From: an uncultured virus (IMG/VR IMGVR_UViG_3300042863_002994)
Lineage: Duplodnaviria; Heunggongvirae; Uroviricota; Caudoviricetes
Virus record (IMG/VR): IMGVR_UViG_3300042863_002994
DNA length: 64,000 nucleotides
Reading direction: 5' to 3' (one strand)
In this document: one piece after another, positions 57,250-64,000 of the stretch
How positions within the stretch are numbered: position 1 is the stretch's first letter
Layout of the letters: every line of letters begins with the position of its first letter
Translations under genes and position numbers: made by a program
The notes under the pieces: model-generated
Databases searched by the model: none
What the model saw: the letters and a program-made list of their open reading frames with translations, nothing else
What the model was told of the DNA's origin: nothing

Positions 57250-58200
57250 ATGAAATTACTCCGTTATAAAAACTTTATTAAAGAATCTATTGAAGAAGTT
57301 GATACTCTTCTGAAAAATGTAGATTCGCCACTCAATGTCGCAAAATTGCAAGATTTAAGATTAGAATTTAAGAAAGTCATAATTGATTCCACATCCCATT
57401 CTAGTAGTTTTTCTTCATTAGCATCTTCTAATAGTGATCCTGATAAAGATTTCAATGAAATTCAAAATGAGCTTGATTTGTTGGGGTTTAATTTTGATTA
57501 TATTGAAAAATTATTTTCAAAAGAAGTTGATAAAGTACTTGGTGATTTTAAATCATTTATCGAAGGGTATGTTTACGGAAATAGTTTAGATCAGATGAAT
57601 GGTATAGTTGATATTTATCTTTTTATGTTAAATAAAAAATTAAATCTAAACACTAAAGTTTATTTAGGTGGAGAAGGTTGGTCAGATATGATAAATACTC
57701 CTGATACTGGATATCCAGGTGAAGAAATAATACTTAAGTACGCATATGGATACCACAGAACAAAATATGGTAAATTACTACTTTCTCAGGTACATATGAC
57801 ACCAGAAGATTTTGAAGAAGAAGCATTTTATCATTTAAAAAGAGCTCTTACTGAGGAATTGACATATTACTATGAAACAAAAGAATTGCCAAGATATTTA
57901 TCAATTAAAAAATTACATTTTGGTTTACCATCAATTACAATAGAACCAGATGATTTCAGAGAATTATTAGATAAGAGTTTAATATCAACTGAAAATTCTC
58001 TAGTATTTAATATTCTTGATTTTCTTGATGAATTATTTGAAAACTATGAAGATAAATATGATGAAGGAAAAGAAATCGTAATGGGTATTATAGAAAAATG
58101 GATATCACATACACTCAATAATGCCTTTAGGATACTAAAAACTCTTGATAAGATAGAATTAGTTGAAAATTCCGTACCAGTCAGACATTTAGGTGGATAA
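57250..58200 (+). CDS. Hypothetical protein with MKLLRYKNFIKES leader
   Basis: ORF plus leader. Confidence 0.75.
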   Translation: MKLLRYKNFIKESIEEVDTLLKNVDSPLNVAKLQDLRLEFKKVIIDSTSHSSSFSSLASSNSDPDKDFNEIQNELDLLGFNFDYIEKLFSKEVDKVLGDFKSFIEGYVYGNSLDQMNGIVDIYLFMLNKKLNLNTKVYLGGEGWSDMINTPDTGYPGEEIILKYAYGYHRTKYGKLLLSQVHMTPEDFEEEAFYHLKRALTEELTYYYETKELPRYLSIKKLHFGLPSITIEPDDFRELLDKSLISTENSLVFNILDFLDELFENYEDKYDEGKEIVMGIIEKWISHTLNNAFRILKTLDKIELVENSVPVRHLGG

Positions 58201-58212
58201 AAACATGTAACA

Positions 58213-59349
58213 TCATGATATATTATATAATAATATAGAATTTAAATCTCTATAATCCTTATCAATTATAAACATAAAGTTATAACCATTTTTTATAGAA
58301 TATTCCTTTTTTGATAGATTTTTATCTAACTCATAGTTATATGTATAACTAGATTTTACCTCAATAATTAAATTGTATTCAGGTAAGTAAAAATCAGGAT
58401 GGTAATAATGACTTTTATCATTTAAAAAATATTGTATGGATTCAATTTTTTCGATCTTTAATTTATCATAATATTTTTCTAAAAAGTCAAGCTCATAGGT
58501 TCCTTGGTAATACAAATCGGTGTTATTATATTTTTTGGATTTTAGTCCTGATTTTTGTTGTTTATCGTGTATTATTTGACATTGATTATGTGATGTATAT
58601 CCATATTTATCTATACAACTATTAATTGTTTTTTCTCTCCATTCATCTGTTTGTGTATAATGATCAACACCATACTTTAGATTACAGGTAGTCTTTCTAT
58701 TTTCCAAAATTTTATCGAGTTCTTCTTTTGTCCTATTTTTCCAAATTTCACTAATTCTTTCTTTCCACTCATTTGTTTGCGAATTATTAATAAACCCAAA
58801 ATTTTCTAATTTTGTTTTAACTCTTTTCTCTTTAACTATTTCACAATATGAAGGATTCTCAACTCCATATCTTTCTAAACATGTTTCTATTGATTTTATT
58901 TTATACTCATCTGTTTTTGTATAGCAATCAACACCATATTTTTCTAAACAAGTTTCTTTTCGATTGTTAAGTATTAAAATTTTTTCATCTTCTGTTTTAT
59001 TTTCCCACTTTTCTTTAACCATCTTTTTATTAGATTCTAATTGAGAATTACAAACAACACCGTATTTTTCTAAATTTGTTCTTCTAACTTTTACATTGTT
59101 ACATTTTTTACAACAATAGATATCTGTTTCATTTTTTGTAAATTTTAAATAACTTCGGTATTCCATTCTACAAATAGAAAAACAAGAATCACATTCAACA
59201 TCTACCAAAACATGACTACCATCTGATAGATCTTTTGCAAAAATCTCATTAAATCCTATCTTTAAATCATAATAAGATTTTAATTTCTTTCTAAAGTGAA
59301 ATATATTTCTATTTGAAACCTCTATTAAAACTTTTTTAGTTATTATCAT
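58213..59349 (-). CDS. Putative homing endonuclease: KYGV repeats plus PD-(D/E)XK domain
   Basis: CDSC/CKKC, 5-6 [KR]YG repeats, YHPDFYLPEYNLIIEVKS. Confidence 0.7.
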   Translation of the reverse strand: MIITKKVLIEVSNRNIFHFRKKLKSYYDLKIGFNEIFAKDLSDGSHVLVDVECDSCFSICRMEYRSYLKFTKNETDIYCCKKCNNVKVRRTNLEKYGVVCNSQLESNKKMVKEKWENKTEDEKILILNNRKETCLEKYGVDCYTKTDEYKIKSIETCLERYGVENPSYCEIVKEKRVKTKLENFGFINNSQTNEWKERISEIWKNRTKEELDKILENRKTTCNLKYGVDHYTQTDEWREKTINSCIDKYGYTSHNQCQIIHDKQQKSGLKSKKYNNTDLYYQGTYELDFLEKYYDKLKIEKIESIQYFLNDKSHYYHPDFYLPEYNLIIEVKSSYTYNYELDKNLSKKEYSIKNGYNFMFIIDKDYRDLNSILLYNIS

Positions 59350-59424
59350 ATAGTATATATAAAGAATGTATTACTCCCTTCTCACTTTTTTACTACTTTT
59401 TCAAAAAAAAAAAATATAATTTTT

Positions 59425-59589
59425 ATGCCTAAAATACCTGAAGATAAGAGAAAAGTAAAAATATCTATAAGCATAGATAGTGAATCAAATAGTAAGTTAG
59501 AAAAACTTACTATCGATAAAAAATTCTATAAAAAATCAAGATTAATTGATTTTATAATTAAAAAATATTTAGAAGAAAATGATAATTAA
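59425..59589 (+). CDS. Ribbon-helix-helix-like small DNA-binding protein (54 aa, not in ORF track)
   Basis: KVKISISID....L......KSRLIDFIIKKYL. Confidence 0.6.
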   Translation: MPKIPEDKRKVKISISIDSESNSKLEKLTIDKKFYKKSRLIDFIIKKYLEENDN

Positions 59590-60685
59590 TTTAAAAAGCG
59601 AAAATGAACTTTCTGGTTTCTATATAGTCTATGAGGGCTCTACAAACCTTGAAAATAAAGGAAATTTTGGGATCTCACATTTACTAGAGCACCTCATGAC
59701 AAAAAATTTTGATCATCTTTTAGATGATTTTGATAGAGATGCGATTTCATGGAATGCCTATACCGACTATAATTTAATAAATTTTTATTTCACTGGATTG
59801 GAATCTAAATTATCTAAATATCGTGAAAAGATTATTGAATTAATGTCTAACTTTAATGTCACTAAAGAACAATTTGAAATTGAGAGAAATATCGTTCTCT
59901 CTGAATATGAAGATGTTTTCAATGATCAATCACAAAGTCACTATCTTAATTTGTATAGAAAATTATTCAATGATTATGATCCAATAGGTTTAAGAGAGGA
60001 TTTAGAGAAACTAACATTTATTGATTGTTTGAATTTCTATGAGAAACAATATATGAATCCAAGTAAAGTAATTAATGTATCGAAAAATTTTAAATTCAAA
60101 TCTAATGATATTGATTTTATAAATCGTGATATAGTAAAGAATTTGAATTATGGTAATCATGATGTACCACTTGAATTAGGAAACCAATTCAAAGATAAAA
60201 CATCTGTTATACTTTTATCACCGGTTGTCAATGAAAATTGGAATTATGTTAACTTTATTAATGCAATGTTATCTATGGGATTGAAATCTCCTTTATATAG
60301 CGAAATAAGAGAAAAATTAGGATTGGTTTATTTTATACATTGTTATCAAAGTAGAATGAATAAAGATGGATTGGTTAATATATCTACATTAACAAATAAT
60401 AAAAATGTAAATCAACTCTTGGATGGATTGAAAAAAGTTTTAAAAGATAAAGACAAGATATTCACAAAAGAAAGATTCAATATAGTAAAGGATTATTATT
60501 CTATACGTAAACAGAAAGAAGAGATATTAAGATATGATAATATCAATTCACATTTGATTCCAGATGGATGGAGCACTTATGATATTTTAGATAAAGTAAA
60601 AATTAAAGATCTCTTAGATATATATGATCAATATTATAATTTTGATAATTTTTACATATCAAGTGATAAAAAAGAATTCAAGTAA
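59579..60685 (+). CDS. M16 family (insulinase-like) zinc peptidase
   Basis: GISHLLEHL (HxxEH), NAYT, E.ER..V..E, LY.EIREKLGLVY. Confidence 0.9.
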   Translation: MIINLKSENELSGFYIVYEGSTNLENKGNFGISHLLEHLMTKNFDHLLDDFDRDAISWNAYTDYNLINFYFTGLESKLSKYREKIIELMSNFNVTKEQFEIERNIVLSEYEDVFNDQSQSHYLNLYRKLFNDYDPIGLREDLEKLTFIDCLNFYEKQYMNPSKVINVSKNFKFKSNDIDFINRDIVKNLNYGNHDVPLELGNQFKDKTSVILLSPVVNENWNYVNFINAMLSMGLKSPLYSEIREKLGLVYFIHCYQSRMNKDGLVNISTLTNNKNVNQLLDGLKKVLKDKDKIFTKERFNIVKDYYSIRKQKEEILRYDNINSHLIPDGWSTYDILDKVKIKDLLDIYDQYYNFDNFYISSDKKEFK

Positions 60686-61173
60686 TGGATCCATTTCTTT
60701 GTGGTAAGTTCAAATCAAATAGAAATGTTGTCAATACTTATGATATTTTATGTAGTACGGTAAATGCTCTACCAGATATAAAAGTAGCTGATATTGGTAT
60801 TTATGATAATAAAATTATATTATTTTTAAATATAACAATGGATAAGACAACTAAAGAACAAGGACTTTTCTTTTTAATAAGATGTTTAGACAGAAGATAT
60901 TTCAGATACGAAATTGAACTTAAAGTTACTTGTATGGATTTAAAATGGGAAAATGGCAATTTACCAATTGTTTATGAATTGCATATAGAAAATGAAAAAT
61001 ACGCTACAATTAAAGAAAAGGTAGATGCTTTTATTAAAAATATGAATGAACATATCAATCACAAAAATTTTATAGATTCATATGATATAGATTTATCAAG
61101 ATTTAAAATAAGAACCTTAAATGATGTTCGTGATGAAAAAATAAAAGAAATATTAGATGACAATAGTGATTGA
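60685..61173 (+). CDS. Hypothetical protein with C-terminal VRDEKIKEIL
   Basis: ORF plus motif. Confidence 0.7.
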   Translation: MDPFLCGKFKSNRNVVNTYDILCSTVNALPDIKVADIGIYDNKIILFLNITMDKTTKEQGLFFLIRCLDRRYFRYEIELKVTCMDLKWENGNLPIVYELHIENEKYATIKEKVDAFIKNMNEHINHKNFIDSYDIDLSRFKIRTLNDVRDEKIKEILDDNSD

Positions 61174-61372
61174 TGAAAAATATGATATACTTTTCAATGA
61201 AAATATTAACTTTAAAGAATTAATCGATTCTCATTTAGAGAGATATACGTGGGAACTTGTGCTTGGGTTGCAGCCATATACACCAGAGATCAGAGAACGT
61301 ATCAATTCAGAAATAGATATTTTTCTAAAACCATATTTGAGAAATAAGAAAATTGAATTTTTATTAGATTGA
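61157..61372 (+). CDS. Small protein with C-terminal LRNKKIEFLL
   Basis: ORF plus motif. Confidence 0.65.
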   Translation: MTIVIDEKYDILFNENINFKELIDSHLERYTWELVLGLQPYTPEIRERINSEIDIFLKPYLRNKKIEFLLD

Positions 61373-62085
61373 TAAATTATATTGGTTCAAAATCAAGATT
61401 AAAAGATTTTATAATTCCTGAATGTCCTATTAATCCAGATTATTGGATTGAACCATTCGGTGGAATGATGTCTTTTTATTTTGAATTGGATTTAAAAGAT
61501 TATAAAAGAACAAAATTTATTTATAATGATATAAATAAATTAAATTCTGATCTGTTTATATGTTTAAAGGATAGTAATTTTATAAAAGAATTTAAAAATA
61601 AAAAAATCGATTATAATGATTATTTAAAATCCTTTGATTTCATAAATTCACAAAGTATTGAAGAAAGATCTATAAATTGGTTGATAATTCTAACTTGTAC
61701 AAGTCCAAGGAATATTTCAGATAAAAGGTTTATAGGAACCGAAACATTTGATTTTTTGAAAAAAAGAATATCTTTATATGAAGAACATATTTTAAGATTG
61801 GAAATTCATAATAAAGACTATAAAGATATAATTACTTATTATGATAAATTTGATGATTCTTTTTTTTATTTAGATCCTCCTTATGTAGGATATGAAAAAT
61901 ATTACAAAAACTCAGATTTTAATGAACACTATGAATTATCAAAAATTATAAATAATATGAGATCAAATTGGGTTTTGAGTTATTATGATTTTCCAAATAT
62001 GAAGGAATGGTATGGAAATCATAAAATAAAAAGCAAAAAGTGGAAAATGTCAACAGAATATTTGATAATCAATAGTTCTTCTTAA
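61369..62085 (+). CDS. dam: DNA adenine methyltransferase (D12 class)
   Basis: NYIGSK, EPFGG, YNDIN, YLDPPY. Confidence 0.9.
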   Translation: MINYIGSKSRLKDFIIPECPINPDYWIEPFGGMMSFYFELDLKDYKRTKFIYNDINKLNSDLFICLKDSNFIKEFKNKKIDYNDYLKSFDFINSQSIEERSINWLIILTCTSPRNISDKRFIGTETFDFLKKRISLYEEHILRLEIHNKDYKDIITYYDKFDDSFFYLDPPYVGYEKYYKNSDFNEHYELSKIINNMRSNWVLSYYDFPNMKEWYGNHKIKSKKWKMSTEYLIINSSS

Positions 62086-62620
62086 CCCAATCAATAAGTT
62101 TAAGTATATTTTTAGAGTTGGTTGGATAATTATCCATTATAGATTCTAAAAATTTCAACCTACCTTCTTTATATAGATTTCCATATTCTTTATATTCTTC
62201 GCCTATTCCCCTTTCCCATTCAAGTAGTTCTTCAAAATCTCCTTTTACAACACCCATATCCATTTCGCAGAAAATTTCTGATAATTTACTTTTAGGTTCA
62301 TGTGTCTTGGTATCTAAGATAATTTGTTTTATCTCTAAAATATCAAGATTTGTTTTATCTAAAGAAGAATCCATTAAAAACTTTGCGGACATTTCTTCAT
62401 TTTGATTACTCATTGGATCATAAACAATATCATGAAAAAGTGCAGATATAACTAACTTTTCATATTCTTTTTGGGAAAGATCACTTTTTCTCTCATTTAT
62501 TTTATTTAAAAGGTCTAAAAGATGATTTTGTGAATGATAGTGTCTATGAGATTCATTCCACATGTTAAGTATTAGATTATAATCTATTTTGATTCCCCAT
62601 TTATTTAATATTTCTTGCAT
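62069..62620 (-). CDS. HD-superfamily phosphohydrolase
   Basis: RHYHS..H, ALFHDIVYDP, NEE.SA, ILDTKTH. Confidence 0.85.
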   Translation of the reverse strand: MQEILNKWGIKIDYNLILNMWNESHRHYHSQNHLLDLLNKINERKSDLSQKEYEKLVISALFHDIVYDPMSNQNEEMSAKFLMDSSLDKTNLDILEIKQIILDTKTHEPKSKLSEIFCEMDMGVVKGDFEELLEWERGIGEEYKEYGNLYKEGRLKFLESIMDNYPTNSKNILKLIDWVKKNY

Positions 62621-62646
62621 TTCTTGTTTTTTAATTTACTTATATA

Positions 62647-63900
62647 TTAAAATGTAATTGTGTTTGGATCTTCCTTACCCAGTATGTATGAAACTTTCCT
62701 TGAATTTCTAACTACTTCTTTTCTAACAGAAAGTTCCAATAAAAGTAGATCGTCTTCGTCTAAATTAGAAAAATCTAATTCTTTTAAATTTGATTTTTCC
62801 AATAAAGCAATTGCAATTGATTCATCGTGTTTGAATTTATCCATTAAAGTTTTAATCATTCTTATTTGTTCTGATAGCTTAAGATCTTTAAGATTGGTAT
62901 ATGATTTTGGAGCATTATTTATTATCCTACTAATAAGTTCTATATCTTCTAAATCTATAGTGCAGTCGATATAATCTTTTGAAGAAAAAACAATTTTAAG
63001 TTTTTTCCAAATAGTTTCGTAGTACTCATTGCCTTTAATATTTCTTATCCAGAAAAGCAATTCACTTGTGTAGTATATATTTGAAGTATCGGATTCAACC
63101 GATTCTGATATTGTTAGAATAGGATTTAATTGAAACAATTCAATATCAGGCAATTCATTATTATTGAATATTTCATTCATCTTGCCTAATATTTTTATTT
63201 CAAAATGATTTTCAAGAATATTCGAATATTTTCTAAAAATTGTCAAATACTTTTCCGTGAAATATTTTTTATTAATATCTCTGAATTGTCTTGATATGGC
63301 AATTGAACAAATTTCTATTTCAAGATTTGATAAGTTACAATTTAGTTCATCTTTCTTTTTTACTAGTCTAATAACTGAATGTGCTGGCGAAAGTAAATTT
63401 ACTAGCTTTAGATCAGATGTCATTAAAAATTCTTCAAAATCTTTTGTCCAATAGAATTTATCTTCTTCTATAGAATATCCTATTTGAGTACAATTGATAT
63501 CAAAAGACTCAATTATTATCTTCAAATCATTTCTAGATGACTTATAATATATTTTATTAAAAATTCCTTCATTTTCACATTTGTTTATCCTATAATAATC
63601 TTTACAAACTAAAGATGTTGATAATCCATTATAATGAATATTAACAGATTTATCTGTTGAAAGATAAGTTAATTTCTCACTTTTTTCACTATTCCATAGT
63701 GATGGCACATTATCCGACTTTTTATACTCACCATCATATATGAAAACATCAATATCATTTATTATAGCTTTATTATTTGATACAAATTCCCATATTAGAT
63801 TTGCGAGTGCACCACCTGCAATAAATCCACTCTTGGGGAATGGTCTATATGTTTCTCTAAGATGATTTATTGCAGTTCTTCCTAATTCTTCTATATTCAT
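62647..63900 (-). CDS. Pol-beta-fold nucleotidyltransferase-like protein
   Basis: FIAGGA..DIDVF, FDINCTQ. Confidence 0.65.
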   Translation of the reverse strand: MNIEELGRTAINHLRETYRPFPKSGFIAGGALANLIWEFVSNNKAIINDIDVFIYDGEYKKSDNVPSLWNSEKSEKLTYLSTDKSVNIHYNGLSTSLVCKDYYRINKCENEGIFNKIYYKSSRNDLKIIIESFDINCTQIGYSIEEDKFYWTKDFEEFLMTSDLKLVNLLSPAHSVIRLVKKKDELNCNLSNLEIEICSIAISRQFRDINKKYFTEKYLTIFRKYSNILENHFEIKILGKMNEIFNNNELPDIELFQLNPILTISESVESDTSNIYYTSELLFWIRNIKGNEYYETIWKKLKIVFSSKDYIDCTIDLEDIELISRIINNAPKSYTNLKDLKLSEQIRMIKTLMDKFKHDESIAIALLEKSNLKELDFSNLDEDDLLLLELSVRKEVVRNSRKVSYILGKEDPNTITF

Positions 63901-64000
63901 ATTTTTTCTTCTATTTCTTTTTTTGTTAATTCGTATAGATACTTTTGAATTTGTAAATATAAGTAAAATATCTGAATAGAAAAAAATAAAAGTTTTATAT

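Noticed and set aside
61157..61372. Resemblance to a tail-sheath C-terminal segment (QPYTPEIRERI)
   Set aside because: Only 71 aa and outside the structural cluster; similarity too weak
1962..63454. Numerous short antisense or overlapping ORFs in the track (e.g. 1962..2210, 8496..8981, 13516..13848, 25897..26301, 53043..53366)
   Set aside because: Shadow frames of well-supported genes, with no motifs or promoters
1..64000. Stop-codon reassignment (TAG/TGA), known in some large phages
   Set aside because: Conserved genes are full length in the standard code and genes end in TAA, TAG and TGA; the broken small genes are mostly frameshifts
1..64000. CRISPR array, tRNA/rRNA genes, diversity-generating retroelement
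   Set aside because: No repeat-spacer periodicity, no cloverleaf/T-loop in intergenic gaps and no reverse transcriptase seen by eye; a covariance search was not run

Overview
Very AT-rich, gene-dense segment that looks like part of a jumbo/huge tailed phage, probably of a Bacteroidota host. The host call rests on many TAnnTTTG promoter elements, A-rich leaders without Shine-Dalgarno sites, and captured Bacteroidota-style cassette DNA. The window encodes T4-like replication genes: two type II topoisomerase subunits, a 5'-3' exonuclease/RNase H, a TOPRIM primase-like protein, a DinG-like helicase and a Dam methylase. It also encodes host-takeover and metabolic genes (NusG, S1-domain protein, L7/L12-CTD-like, PTH2-like, CCA-adding enzyme, 2H phosphoesterase, UvsE, SlyD, Skp-like, CysK, CoaE-like, rhomboid, M16 peptidase), large probable virion proteins and three KYG-repeat putative homing endonucleases. 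Main observations: (1) A ~1.2 kb integron-like cassette fragment (attI-like site, complete HAD cassette, attC, start of a lipoprotein cassette) splits one endonuclease gene. (2) Two apparently non-overlapping short peptide tags are shared by unrelated proteins. One is an N-terminal MKxLKKFNES-like leader coupled to a TAATATATA promoter motif. The other is a C-terminal R-[DEN]-x-[KQ]-[IL]-x-x-[IL] motif on genes in regions with host-type promoters. (3) In several genes that C-terminal tag lies just out of frame. All calls come from motif reading by eye; no database searches were run.
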